Assembly: GCA_051942205.1 (NCBI GenBank)
Contig: JAVECO010000008.1
Coordinates: forward strand, 186,001-246,582
DNA length: 60,582 nt
Source of the DNA: Coniocarpon cinnabarinum
Taxonomy: Eukaryota
Reading direction: 5' to 3'
Of the stretch, positions 8,475 through 20,178 are shown piece after piece. Made by a program: the position numbers and the translations under genes. Below the pieces are notes generated by a model. It did no database searches, was not told where the DNA came from, and saw nothing but the letters and a program-made list of their open reading frames with translations. Each line of letters opens with the position of its first letter. Positions within the stretch are counted from its first letter, which is position 1.

Positions 8475-10915
8475 ATGCCTTCAACATCAGGTCTGCCTCC
8501 CGCACCTTTTCGAAGAGTGATGTAGCTGACCTCCGGTGCAGATTCAGACACCATTAAGATCCTCGTCTCAAGCGATAGCCATGTTGGTTACAACGAACGT
8601 GATCCCTTGCGGGGCGACGATAGTTGGGAAACCTTTCAGGAAGTCATGGAGATTGCGAAAGAGCGTGATGTCGACATGGTCCTCCTTGCTGGCGATCTCT
8701 TCCACGACAACGTTCCTTCCAGGAAAGCACTGTATCAAGTCATGCGAGCTCTTCGCATGAATTGTCTTGGCGACAAACCTTGCGAATTGGAAATACTCAG
8801 TGATGGTTCAGAGAACTTTGCAGGGTATGACCGCAATTTGAGGGAGAGTGATTCTTCTTGCTCATGAAGTCAGCGCTTTTCCTCACGCCAACTACGAGGA
8901 TCAAGACATCAATGTTGCAATTCCCGTTTTCTCAATCCATGGCAATCATGACGATCCGTCCGGAGTAAGGTGCCCAATACCTCACTGATGTTTACCACAG
9001 CTGACTAGGGTGCAGGAAGGATCATATGCTGCCTTGGACTTGCTTTCAGTCTCCGGCTTGGTGAACTATTATGGCAAGACACCAGAATCTGACAAGATCA
9101 ATGTTAAACCGGTTTTACTTCAGAAGGGTCATACCAAGCTCGCCCTGTACGGATTAAGCAACGTACGTGATGAGCGTATGCACAGAACATTTCGCCAGGG
9201 CGACGTGAAGTTTTTCCGCCCAAATGTGCAGAAAGACGACTGGTTCAACATCGTTAGCGTGCACCAAAACAGGTGAGCAACAAAGAGAGCCTTGATCAAG
9301 AACGTCAATTGATGCTCACTCCAGGTACAAGCACACGGGCACGGACTATCTTCCACAGAACTTTTTGCCCGACTTTATGGACCTTGTCATTTGGGGCCAC
9401 GAGCATGAGTGCCTCATTGACCCTCAGATGGACTATGAAATGGGCTTCCATGTGGTCCAACCCGGCTCGACAGTGGCAACTTCACTCATCGCTGGCGAGG
9501 CGGCACAGAAACACGCGTCAATACTACGAATCACTGGCCATGACTTCGAAAGTGAAGCAATCCCTTTGCGAACTGTCCGTCCTTTTGTTACCAGAGATAT
9601 CGTCTTGCAGGACGAACCCGGGATGAAGAAGCTTGCGAAGCGTGAAAATAATCGCAGCGACATTGTTTGTCATCTTGAATCGATTGTAGAGCAGATGATT
9701 GAGGGAGCCAATAGTCAATGGCTTGCTAACCAGCAGAGTAATGAATCTGGGTCTGACACTCAACTCGAGACCCCGCTACCTCTGATCCGACTTCGCGTGG
9801 AGTACTCAGCGCCCGAGGGTGGCAAATTTGATTGTGAAAACCCCCAACGCTTTTCTCGGCGCTTTGCGGGCAAGGTCGCTAACGTCAACGATGTGGTTCA
9901 ATTCCATCGGAAGAAGACTGCTACACGTAGAGCGAAAGACGGTGCCGAGATCCCAGAAGAACAAATTCTGTCTAAAATGACGATTGACAGCATCAAGGTG
10001 GAGAAGCTTGTGCGAGAGTATCTCAACACGCAGTCCCTTACTATCCTCCCACAGAACTCGTTCGGGGATGCCGTAACTCAGTTCGTGGACAAAGACGACA
10101 AGCACGCCATGGAAGCTTTCGTAGAGGGAAGTCTGGGTGATCAAGTAAAACACCTACTGAGTACCGGCGAGGCTGACGAAGCAGATATCAAAGAGGCTTT
10201 GGACAAGAACCGCGCTCACCTGGAAGAGCTCTTCGCTGGAGGAAATTCCAAAAAGTACACCAAGCGCAAATTCAAGCCAAAGCCCGATACATGGGACTCT
10301 GACATGGACGGTGATTGGGAGGATCAGCCCGGGGCGTTGCAACTATCGGACAACGATGAACAAGCCAGTGATGATGACGGCGTTGGGTCAAATGCTGGGT
10401 CAGTCTCTACCAGGACGACAACAACGCGAGGTCGTGGTCGCGGCCGCGGCCGAGGAGCCGCCAACGCTAGTGGCACTACGCGGGCCACTGCCGCCGCCCG
10501 GGGCTCTTCGGCACGCAAGGATAGTGGTGCAACAGGCCGAAAAAGCAAGAAGAAGGTTGCGGACGAGCTCGACGATGACGATGTGGTAATGGTGGATGGT
10601 GCCGACGAGGAGGAACATGCTGTCTCGCAACCCTCTGCAACCGCTGGGAGACAAGTTTCAAGCAGTCGTTCAACCTCATCGCGCCAGGCGCCGACTCGCG
10701 CGGCAGCTCCTCGTCAATCGAAGTTGAATTTCTCACAGACGAACACTCAACAGCGTCCTACTTCAAAAGGAACGTTTCTACAGGAATTGGTAAATGACAA
10801 CGATGCCGCAGGCGTAAATCCTTACTGACTGGTGCTACAGAGCGACGATGAAATATCTGATGACGATGACTCGGCTTTTGAGACTGCTTCGAATGTGAAG
10901 ACACGAACGCGATGA
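8475..10915 (+). CDS. MRE11: Double-strand break repair nuclease Mre11 (multi-exon)
   Basis: [54 protein letters not shown] and WGHEHEC phosphoesterase motifs, [14 protein letters not shown]-rich tail; last exon 10841-10915 after intron 10790-10840. Confidence 0.96.
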
Positions 10916-11846
10916 ATATTTGAGAGATCTGCATTCGGGATCTATCTCTGCACGCATCGATGCATTTGTAGACTTGTCTTTGTACACATGCGTTCACTGG
11001 TCGATGAAAAAAAGCAAAAGACTTAGTATAACGCAATTTTTCCTGTTAGCCATCGACAAGTCATTGTTGCCAATGGCGCCCCATCCTCGAATCGTAATTG
11101 CGGCGATCCCACATGCGACGCGACTGCCTCCGCTGGGGCTATTCGCTCCTCCTGCTTTGGATCAGTAGAGTTGGTAGGCGGCTTCCTGGACATGGAGACG
11201 GACTTTCTTTGATCCAACGTGGTTGCCACTGAACGAGTTGATGCAACATCTTCCGGCTCTCTTCGTCCACATCTCCTTGCTCCAATCCGAGGCATTCCGT
11301 GTTACATTCATCGACGCATCACTCGCTGTAACCTGCTTGCGGTCCACTGCACCGCCATTCTGTAGCCAGGAACATTCAGAATGTATGGTACGCAGCCCGT
11401 GGAAAGAAAATGGAAGCTAATGACCACGCAGCAACTGTTTGGATTCGTTCTCCTTGAAATCGTAGCTTTGTACGTCCGAGCAATCACTCGACTCTAGCCA
11501 ATACATCTTTTCAACCTATGAAGGATTGGACGGTGAAGTGAAGCGACACTAGAAACATGGCCCCAACGTATGCCATCACCGAGCTCTTGTCCATGAGGAA
11601 CAAGAGTAAGAGGTTGGGCCAGGTGATGGTTGGCAAGATGAGCCAGGATCGTGGCATTCGAGGTGAGTCGTCTAGCTTTCATCTGGTCTAGGCAGCGTTC
11701 ACCTTGAGTCGGCTCTCTTGTGCAACCCTAATCTCGGCCCTGCTCACTCAATCGCTCACCTAACTACCCCAACGAAACGACACAACACCTCCTTCTTTCC
11801 TTTTCCTACCCTTCGTCTGTCGTGACCTCTATGAACGGCATCGATC

Positions 11847-14800
11847 ATGTCTCGATTCTGTCTGCTTACGCATGATTCTGTTGATGACGAATGGCCGCCA
11901 TGGCAACTATCAAGTATTGTATCTCCACTGACAAGATCGCCTGATGTTTTAGAGCACGTTCTGCGTTCTACCTCAGCTGAATCAAGTCGTACGGTCACTC
12001 GTCTGCATCGGTCAACGTCCATTGCAGCCAATGCAGCTGAGGGTTTCGAGCCTCCTCCTAACGATGAGTTCTTTTTACGGGGCGGGAAGGTCTCCCTGCG
12101 TGCTAGTCGCGGGCCGCGCCATTCTCCTACACCTTCTATGCGTCGAAACAAGATTGCCGCTCTACTCCGCGATCACGCCTCGCCTCCAGGAGTGCGTGTT
12201 ACTGCCGGTGGACGTCTCGTACCGGACGGCACATCTCCTCTCACGAGTCCCCGTTCTGAGCATTTCGGCAAGCACGATCACTATCCGCGGGTCCCTCACC
12301 TTCCTCCGGACTCCGTGCCAAATACAAACACGTTGAAGCAGCTCGACGGCATGATTGTGAACATTGGGGGAAGTCAGATTGCACAGATTGTCAATGGTCA
12401 GATTCTTCACGTTGGCTATACTAATTCCCCACTCAATTTGTATCTGCCACCTACGAATCCGGTCATCCCTTCAGCGGGTGAGCCAGTCTCCCAGCAAGCT
12501 CCCTACTTCATGCCACCCGGCGCAATACCACTCGCGTCTGCGAACACGCAATCACCAAATCACCATGCGACCATGGAACTACCAAGTCCCCATGGATTTC
12601 CGGCGCATGAGCGTGGCACAGATAATGGGAAGCTGTGCGCCACGTACGAAGCAAAATTGGCCGAGCTCCAAGCAGCGCGCCAAAAGCTCGATCGTGAAGA
12701 GGTCCTTCAACGCCAACACATCAACGCTGCTGTGAAAGACCATATCGTCAAGAAGCGCAAGTCTTTGACCAATGAAATATCCGAGGTCCGCGAAGCTCTC
12801 AAACAGTTGAGAGAAGCGAATGATCAACACGCAGGGGCGTATCCGGAACGGAATTTGAATCACTATTCAACCGCAGGCCCAATGCCTTATCAGGTTTCGC
12901 CTCTTCCAGGCCTTCAGTTCTCTCCCACGCAAGTGAGCCGCTATTACGCGGCAAACGAACCCGTGTACCCCTCGGATGCGGGATGGGGACCTATGCACGC
13001 CGGCTTTGCAGCAGCTCCGGCACCTTTTTTAGGAAATGCAACAGCCACACCTGGGGATGCTGTTGTCAACTATGGCCTCGGGTCCATTCATCACCGACCT
13101 CACGAGGGCCATGAGCTTCAGGAACGTACCGGAAATGTGGGACTGGGTATTATGAAAGAAAACACAAACAATCAGGCAAAATGGTCTTCGCAGTCGCCAG
13201 AGCCTGCTGGCATGAATCTCGACGGAAGTATGGCACAGCCGCGACGTTCTCACGCCATTGAGATCAAGCGCCCTCATCATTCCACGGCCACAGGCAAGAG
13301 CACACTCAACCCAACCAGTCCAGTCTACGACCCATCTCAACCCGTCAAGGAGAGCTCACAATTGGACGTGAAGGTCCCGCCTGCAGATCATGTGCACAAA
13401 TACGATTCATCAGCTTTGACGCCAAAGCGAATTTCCAAGACGGATCCGTTGCCAGAGGCTCGACGCAGCACCGGAAGTTCTTTCGATCATGGCAGCATGC
13501 CGCAAGCTGGGCCAACAGAGGACAGCTTCAACACCTCGAGCACCGCGGGCACCGCTGACTTCTTCCCGAATGACCCCCGTGCTCACTCGAGTCGCCACTG
13601 GGTCGGGTCTGACGTGCAGGGAAGTTCGACCAACCTTTCCAACTGGATGCCGCGTGAGGACCAAGGTCGAGCGGCCAGCCAGCACATGACCCCAAACGGC
13701 TCGACAAGCAAATCCGGCATCCACGATAGCGAGAGTCCCGAGAACACCTCCTTCAAGACGGCGGCGAACGCTTCCAACCGATCTTCTGTGCGTGGCAGTC
13801 CCTTCCGCAATTCACAGGGCAAGATTCGAGGCTTTGGCGAAGGCATTGACGTCAGTGCCAAGCCGCCGCCTCTGAAACTGGCTACCACGTTCGCTAACTT
13901 TCGAGAGCCTCTGTCACAGAAAGGTGGTAGTGTGCACACCAGCTTTGACTCCAACTCTCACGCCGAGGACCTCATTGAGAAACGTCGCCCGCTTCCTTCC
14001 AAGAAGGCCAGTCCCATTAAGACTAGGAGCTACTGGGCCGGCTTTCAAAGCGGACTGGAGCAAGGTCTCTGTGATAGCGCTGAGGAAGACTACCGTGTTG
14101 GCTATCGTGACGGCCTCCTACGTTCGCGAGATCCGGCACCGATCAACACTGCTCCGTTTGAATCGACCTCTTTCCCACCTCTGACAACACCGGGTTGGGA
14201 CGTCGACCACAGCGCTCTCACGGCTAGCATTGCGGAGCTCTCGCATAGCTCAAGTCTTCCAGCCCTTCACGCACCACGTGTGCCGCTTAATACTGCAGTC
14301 AGTACCCCTCATCGTCAAAGCACGGAGGAGCAGGAGGCTTTGAAAAAGGTCGCTACGTCTTTTGACGGGGCCCAATTGCCGTCTGTTCGCTCCGCTGCCT
14401 CAATCAGACCAAGTAGCACGAACGTACGCGCTCAGTCGTCGCAAAATATTTTGCAGGCACGTGAACCAACTTCACCTCTGGCACGGCGAAATCTGAAGAA
14501 CACGACTCAGCAGTCCAACGCCACGTCCAAAGGTCAAATTCCATCCTCGCGCATTTTCTCAGACACGGCTTACGACCAACAACGATACTCCCACAAGGCC
14601 AGCACTTCTGTTGCACCGTCTAAGAGTCAAGCTCAGGGCTGGATTCGCCATCAACTTGACGGCTCGGCTGAGGAAGACGACCGAACAGCACGAAAGCACA
14701 CACAGCCTTCCGCTCAACAAGGCAGTTCCGCTGTCAAGAGCCCCAAGAGCAAAGAGCGTGGCTCTGCATCCTCCTCTCCTATTAAGCGTGTATCGTCAGC

Positions 14801-15080
14801 AGTGGTCAGACTAACACAGATCAGCGGGATGTCCAAAGCCGGCTCTACTGTGAATATTAGCGAGGTGGGACCCCTGAGTCCGAATGATCAATTGACATCC
14901 TCAAAGCCAAAGTCTGTCGACGTCACCACCCCTGATGCGACAGCAGTGAAAGTTGATGATCCGGCTAAGATGTCTGGCCGCGAAAAGGCCAAATGGAAGA
15001 ACAAGTGGCGCAAACGCTTTGAGGAGTTGAAGGTGAAGGAGCAGCAGGAAATCAACGACTACCAGAAAAAAACTCCATGA
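11847..15080 (+). CDS. Large, mostly disordered hypothetical protein with coiled coil
   Basis: 1077-aa ORF, S/P-rich, coiled-coil-like segment (YEAKLAELQAARQKLD...EISEVREALKQL), short motifs VRVTAGGRLVP, RRSHAIEIKRP, STLNPTSPVY and a basic helical C-terminus. Start uncertain. Confidence 0.8.
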   Translation: MSRFCLLTHDSVDDEWPPWQLSSIVSPLTRSPDVLEHVLRSTSAESSRTVTRLHRSTSIAANAAEGFEPPPNDEFFLRGGKVSLRASRGPRHSPTPSMRRNKIAALLRDHASPPGVRVTAGGRLVPDGTSPLTSPRSEHFGKHDHYPRVPHLPPDSVPNTNTLKQLDGMIVNIGGSQIAQIVNGQILHVGYTNSPLNLYLPPTNPVIPSAGEPVSQQAPYFMPPGAIPLASANTQSPNHHATMELPSPHGFPAHERGTDNGKLCATYEAKLAELQAARQKLDREEVLQRQHINAAVKDHIVKKRKSLTNEISEVREALKQLREANDQHAGAYPERNLNHYSTAGPMPYQVSPLPGLQFSPTQVSRYYAANEPVYPSDAGWGPMHAGFAAAPAPFLGNATATPGDAVVNYGLGSIHHRPHEGHELQERTGNVGLGIMKENTNNQAKWSSQSPEPAGMNLDGSMAQPRRSHAIEIKRPHHSTATGKSTLNPTSPVYDPSQPVKESSQLDVKVPPADHVHKYDSSALTPKRISKTDPLPEARRSTGSSFDHGSMPQAGPTEDSFNTSSTAGTADFFPNDPRAHSSRHWVGSDVQGSSTNLSNWMPREDQGRAASQHMTPNGSTSKSGIHDSESPENTSFKTAANASNRSSVRGSPFRNSQGKIRGFGEGIDVSAKPPPLKLATTFANFREPLSQKGGSVHTSFDSNSHAEDLIEKRRPLPSKKASPIKTRSYWAGFQSGLEQGLCDSAEEDYRVGYRDGLLRSRDPAPINTAPFESTSFPPLTTPGWDVDHSALTASIAELSHSSSLPALHAPRVPLNTAVSTPHRQSTEEQEALKKVATSFDGAQLPSVRSAASIRPSSTNVRAQSSQNILQAREPTSPLARRNLKNTTQQSNATSKGQIPSSRIFSDTAYDQQRYSHKASTSVAPSKSQAQGWIRHQLDGSAEEDDRTARKHTQPSAQQGSSAVKSPKSKERGSASSSPIKRVSSAVVRLTQISGMSKAGSTVNISEVGPLSPNDQLTSSKPKSVDVTTPDATAVKVDDPAKMSGREKAKWKNKWRKRFEELKVKEQQEINDYQKKTP

Positions 15081-15839
15081 GATATCGGTGACGGCGGACG
15101 TGCCGCCGATTCACCAGATTTCCAACCGTATTATCGTTCAGAATTGCAAAGTCCCCTGTCGCATCGTTTGACAGATGACACGATTATTGCAGGAGTTACT
15201 GATCAGCATTGACATGTCAGCGCTTCTTACGCCGCAATGGAGCGTCTCCAGCATGTGGCCTGAATCCATCCTGGTCGATGAATTGCGACCAATTTTGATT
15301 CAAGCCAATCAATACCATCGATACGTACAACATTTTTGGATAGCACTATCGCCTCCTTGGACTTGAGCGCAAAGTCATTGGCACCACTGACAAGGAGTCG
15401 TGAGGATCTTGCAGATCGACATTATGCTCATTGTGGCATGATCAACAAGTAGCGAAATGGAACGGGGACCCACCTTGCATTGTGTTATTCTAGCACCCCT
15501 TAGTTGAGAGCATGGAGATAATCTGAACCACATGTCATAGACTTTTCCATTCTTTAACGTGCTTTGATGGAGCCATGACAGCATCTAATAGCTGAGCAAC
15601 ACCAGGGGATGCCTCCTTTGGTAGCTGTTGGTCGGGAAGTGGCTTCCCAAGGTGTCTTCCACCCGTCTGTATTGACTGGAATGAGTGATACTGGACTTTG
15701 AGGTCTCCGATGAATCGCAGCGGAGGTCGAGTCGCTGTCTGAGGCATTGAAGCAGTCCCGTACCTCAGCCACATCACGTGATAATTGTGTATCAAATGGC
15801 ACGGACCACTAGCAGATCTGAACTAGCTCGATCTACATT

Positions 15840-18068
15840 ATGGAAGAGGAGGGCAACGTGGGCGCTCTCAACGAGTTTCGGTTGGCTCAGTACTATTCGT
15901 CACGCCCCCATCGCATGAGCGTCAGATCAGCTTGGTCTCGGGGAAGACCAAAAGTTACCCATTGCTTTCGACGATGTCGTTGCTACACCTGCCTTGCGCA
16001 TCCTGATCATGCACTTCTCCTCCGACGCCCAGGCACCTCTTTCAGATTGGGTCAATGGCGCAAGCTTACAACCTTGTTCTATTCAACGCTTTTCGCCACC
16101 GCCGGGGCTGTAGATGTCAAGGTGAAGCAAGCCCGACGTGATCAATGGGACTCAGTTATTGCGACTGCAGAAGAGGAGGTCCAGCAAGCCCGACAGAGAG
16201 AGGATGTCCTGTTTGAGAAGAAACTTCGAGATGAGATCGCTACGCCATTTGCACCGGCATTGAAGCAAGCCAAGCCAAGCGGTGATCAGCAGCTTATTCA
16301 GGCGGTGACCAATGCATTGAAAAAGTTCGGAGCATCAACGGTGCCGGTGCCATATGGGCTGCAGCATCGTGGGCCAGGGCGAGAGTCCATGTACGCGAAT
16401 GATTACTTCAGACAGAGACAATCATATTGGTCACCAAAGAAACTTGCTCTAATGGAGCTTGCTGTTGCCAAACTTGTCCTGAAGATGTGCCAAGCCATAC
16501 CCAACCTTGATCAGTGCGAGACGAGCATCGGAGGGGAAAGGCTGAAGCTAGAATCTATGCTGCAAGAAATTTTGCGCAAACTACAGCAGGCGAAGCAGGC
16601 GGATGCACTTGGTTTCGATCCAAGCCTTCGGGCCGGCCTTCCAAGCTATACCCCCAGCACGCGTGCAACGGCTCCTGTACATCGGAACAAGCCACTCGAC
16701 ATGTCGCTCCAGAATCTCGCTGCAGACTATCGCAATGGTCACAATGACTTCGCAGGCTACTTGTCGAGCCTAGCGCAGAATTTGCTGGCGTCTCGAAACC
16801 CCCCAGAAGTTTCGTCGATGACCATCATCCTGCAAAGTCTTTCGCATGATCGAGAATTTGCACTTGCTGATGCGGTATGCGAATCAATCATCGATTCGAA
16901 TCTCAGATTGGATGAGATGTGTGTTGACGCGATGGTGAATCACTACGTGGCGGCAAACAACGAGACCGGGTTCAACTATTTTACACGCAAGATGAAAGGC
17001 TATTATGGTGGTCTCATGCGTGCGCGCGATGACATAAAAATTGGACGGCACTCTGCGCGGCGCTTGCGGCGCTGGAATGGGAAAGTATCTCAGGGAATTG
17101 AGAATGATGAGGTTTTGTGGAGCTCTTTGATCCGCGGTCACTTACATTTCGGCCAGATACGAGATGCCTTGAAGTCTTTCCAGGACGCTGTGATGGCTGG
17201 CTTTCCAATGCGTCTCCCTGTGTCCAATGCATTCATCGCGGCAGCTGCTCAAACAGGTAATTGGCAACTTGGTATGGACTTCTGGAAATGGGCGTACCGG
17301 GACCTCAATCGCGTGCAACCCGGTGATTCTCTTAGAAAGCAGCAGCATGAGACTTACCGTCATGTACTGAGGCTTTGTGATGCCTGTAGGCGGCCTGATC
17401 AATTCGCGCAGATCTCGCGTCAGGCTTTGGAACATGGATTTGACTTCAGCAGAGGTTTGGATCATCCTACGAAGCCGCCACGCCTATCTCATCGCACTGA
17501 AACCCTTCGCCGACAAGTCAGAATCCTTAAACAACAAGCAAGACTCCAAGAGGTGCTCTATCATCGCCGTGCCCGGCTTGTAATTGGGACTCAATTGAGA
17601 ATGGCCGGTCTTGGTCGTCAACGTGTGATCGATCTATTCAGAGCTGTGGCGGAGCAACAGACATATCAGTCAGACAGCGCGACAGCATCCGAGAGGTTCT
17701 TTGGTGCCTTGTTGGACAAGAATAGAATGGCGCTACGCTTCTCAAGTGCGTATGGACGGCGCAAACATACCAATGAGATGACTCAAATTCCCACGATACA
17801 AGAGGTTGGGCCAGCATATCTAGGAACTCAGCAGCGAAGCAAGCACACCGAGACAGGAGCAGATCAACGATCACCAGCACCGGCCATGCCAGCGGCTATG
17901 CAAGGCGAAACGTGTAGTAAAATGAGTATATCTAGTGGGGGCTCTACGCGCCAGCCATTGCATTGCAAGTCACATGGGCCGTCGCTCCAAGATGAAAGTT
18001 TTCAGCCAAATGGCGCTCTTAAATATGACGAGGAACCTGAATTTGAAGCTATGATTGCCTACGGATGA
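15840..18068 (+). CDS. Probable mitochondrial pentatricopeptide-repeat (PPR)-like protein
   Basis: 742-aa ORF with an Arg-rich N-terminus and helical repeats such as EVLWSSLIRGHLHFGQIRDALKSFQDAVMAG and VSNAFIAAAAQTGNWQLGMDFW. The real start may be the second Met (~15915). Confidence 0.7.
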   Translation: MEEEGNVGALNEFRLAQYYSSRPHRMSVRSAWSRGRPKVTHCFRRCRCYTCLAHPDHALLLRRPGTSFRLGQWRKLTTLFYSTLFATAGAVDVKVKQARRDQWDSVIATAEEEVQQARQREDVLFEKKLRDEIATPFAPALKQAKPSGDQQLIQAVTNALKKFGASTVPVPYGLQHRGPGRESMYANDYFRQRQSYWSPKKLALMELAVAKLVLKMCQAIPNLDQCETSIGGERLKLESMLQEILRKLQQAKQADALGFDPSLRAGLPSYTPSTRATAPVHRNKPLDMSLQNLAADYRNGHNDFAGYLSSLAQNLLASRNPPEVSSMTIILQSLSHDREFALADAVCESIIDSNLRLDEMCVDAMVNHYVAANNETGFNYFTRKMKGYYGGLMRARDDIKIGRHSARRLRRWNGKVSQGIENDEVLWSSLIRGHLHFGQIRDALKSFQDAVMAGFPMRLPVSNAFIAAAAQTGNWQLGMDFWKWAYRDLNRVQPGDSLRKQQHETYRHVLRLCDACRRPDQFAQISRQALEHGFDFSRGLDHPTKPPRLSHRTETLRRQVRILKQQARLQEVLYHRRARLVIGTQLRMAGLGRQRVIDLFRAVAEQQTYQSDSATASERFFGALLDKNRMALRFSSAYGRRKHTNEMTQIPTIQEVGPAYLGTQQRSKHTETGADQRSPAPAMPAAMQGETCSKMSISSGGSTRQPLHCKSHGPSLQDESFQPNGALKYDEEPEFEAMIAYG

Positions 18069-18549
18069 CAGGCAGATTGACATCAGTCTACCCCATAGCG
18101 TTGAATGCGAGTTAGGTGAAAGCCTTCATCGTTCCTGATTTTACCTGTAGCAAGACACCTTCATGAGCGGAGCACATCCTACGAGACTAATGCTGCGCGC
18201 GTTCGCTTTGTCCGAATGAAACCTGAGATGTTTGCATGGTCGCCGCTTGAGGGCTAATGGCCGCATCCGGTTCCAGCTATCGACTTAGACAAAGGAACAC
18301 GCACATAGTCCTTTTGTCGATTGCTACTGGAAGCACGGCGGAACCACGTCCTCTTTGAGATATGCCGTTTTGCGAAGCCTCATCAGGATCGAGTCGTCCT
18401 CACAAAGAGAATAAGGCGGTGCTAACTGAGGGTTACAGGAACCATGCCTCTCGATTTGGCAAACGGACCGGTGTGCTCCCCTGCAGAAGTCCTGTGCCCA
18501 GGAGCGCCTGCTGATTCCCATCATAGATCAACCCACGGCCTAGTGACCC

Positions 18550-20178
18550 ATGTCATTCGTTCTAACGAGGACGGTCCCAGAGCCACTAGCTTTCTCGTAT
18601 TCTACTTCGCTGTTGCCGCTTTTCAACGATCATGAGAGCACATTTTGGCGACATGAAGGGTTGGGTGGGGATGATTTGCAGCGAGTGGAGGACCAACATC
18701 GGTCTGAGGAAACTTTTGACCGTGGACTGAACGCCTCTGATGCTTCGGACGAATGCCATGAAGTCGAGAATGCTCGTGCTTTTACTGCAAACCGTTTAAT
18801 CGGTGACGCCTCTCAAACGAGTTCACCGTCCGCTCCGTCATTCCTCGGTCCATCCTCGATCGAGCCACCTCCGCCTCCAACATTGAACGGTGCCACGTGT
18901 GTGGCAGTCGTTGGAACGGGCTTCGTTGGGGCGTCTCTTCTTGAAGCGTTCCTGAAGCCATTTCCAAATGTGATTGGTTACGATGTTTCCCCCAGACGCA
19001 TTAGCCAGCTACGCAATCAGTATCAGCCGCCGAGTGGCTCGAAGTTTCCCGGTCTGGTCTTGACTAGCGAAGCGGAGCAATTGAAGAATGCGTCATACTT
19101 TCTGGTAGCTGTGCCAACGCTTCTACATGACAAAGTCTCGCGTGTTTCAAGCGTGACCAAGACGACGACGAGAACATCAGGACCAATGCCTGCCGTCAAC
19201 CTTGATTACGTGCACGCAGCGGTTCAGACGATCCTTCGCTATTGCAAACCTGGTTCTGTCATTGTACTAGAATCGTCCGTGTCAGTCGGTACCACACGCT
19301 CACTGCTAGGACCACACAGTCACATCATTCATGGTGGCATGTCGCCAGAGCGTGTTGACCCTAGCCGCAGTGTTCCAGCACCGTCAGCAGTTCCGAAGCT
19401 GGTATCCGGTTTGACGCCAGCCGCCACTACTGCCATTACCGCGTTGTACACTCATTGCTACGACCAAATTGTTCCGGTGTCCTCGCCAGAGGTAGCAGAA
19501 ATGACAAAACTTCACGAAAATTCATTTCGGATGGTCAATATAGCTTACACGAATGAGGTAGCAGATGCATGCCGGTCTCTCGGTATTGATTTTGGAGAGG
19601 TTACGAGAGCTGCGCGAACAAAACCCTACGGATTTATGCCATTTTCCGCCGGCCCAGGTGTGGGTGGTCATTGCATTCCTGTGAACCCTCACTACCTCTT
19701 CGCCAGCTGCAAGAAGGGCACGTTCCCGCTTCTGGAACGAGCTACAAAGTCGATGACACAACGACCGCGGAAGCTTGCGAAAGCTTTCTATAGGAGAGTC
19801 ACTCTCGAGATGGCCAAAAGAGAATGCATCAAAGTTACACAAATGATTGCAAAGCGAGCCCCACGCGTCTTGGTCGTAGGCATCGCGTTTAAGCCTGGTG
19901 TGACGACATTGAGTTTCTCACCTGGGCTGGCGTTCGCGCAGGCGCTCAAACAAATGGGATGTACCGATGTTGCTTTCTACGATCCGCTGGTGGACTCAAA
20001 TAGTTTGTGCGAAGATCTGAAATGGCTCAGAAAGATTTCGGACGCGGAATGGCTGAGACTTGCTTGGCGCAGAGACTTTGACGGTGTTGCAGTATGCGTA
20101 AAACAGCACGGTGTGGATTGGACTGTACTCGCGAAAGTGCACACCAGATCGAATTGCTACATCAGGTGGCTTGTTTAG
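18550..20178 (+). CDS. UDP-glucose/GDP-mannose dehydrogenase family (UDP-N-acetylhexosamine 6-dehydrogenase-like)
   Basis: Rossmann VAVVGTGFVG, GYD, VAVPT, LESS, SPERVDP, AEMTKLHENSFRMVNIA, GPGVGGHCIP (catalytic Cys), GIAFKP, FYDP; intronless. Confidence 0.9.
   Translation: MSFVLTRTVPEPLAFSYSTSLLPLFNDHESTFWRHEGLGGDDLQRVEDQHRSEETFDRGLNASDASDECHEVENARAFTANRLIGDASQTSSPSAPSFLGPSSIEPPPPPTLNGATCVAVVGTGFVGASLLEAFLKPFPNVIGYDVSPRRISQLRNQYQPPSGSKFPGLVLTSEAEQLKNASYFLVAVPTLLHDKVSRVSSVTKTTTRTSGPMPAVNLDYVHAAVQTILRYCKPGSVIVLESSVSVGTTRSLLGPHSHIIHGGMSPERVDPSRSVPAPSAVPKLVSGLTPAATTAITALYTHCYDQIVPVSSPEVAEMTKLHENSFRMVNIAYTNEVADACRSLGIDFGEVTRAARTKPYGFMPFSAGPGVGGHCIPVNPHYLFASCKKGTFPLLERATKSMTQRPRKLAKAFYRRVTLEMAKRECIKVTQMIAKRAPRVLVVGIAFKPGVTTLSFSPGLAFAQALKQMGCTDVAFYDPLVDSNSLCEDLKWLRKISDAEWLRLAWRRDFDGVAVCVKQHGVDWTVLAKVHTRSNCYIRWLV

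Noticed and set aside
11724..11731. AACCCTAA as an alternative telomerase template
   Set aside because: An 8-nt match is expected by chance; no boundary hairpin, pseudoknot or room for a long ncRNA.
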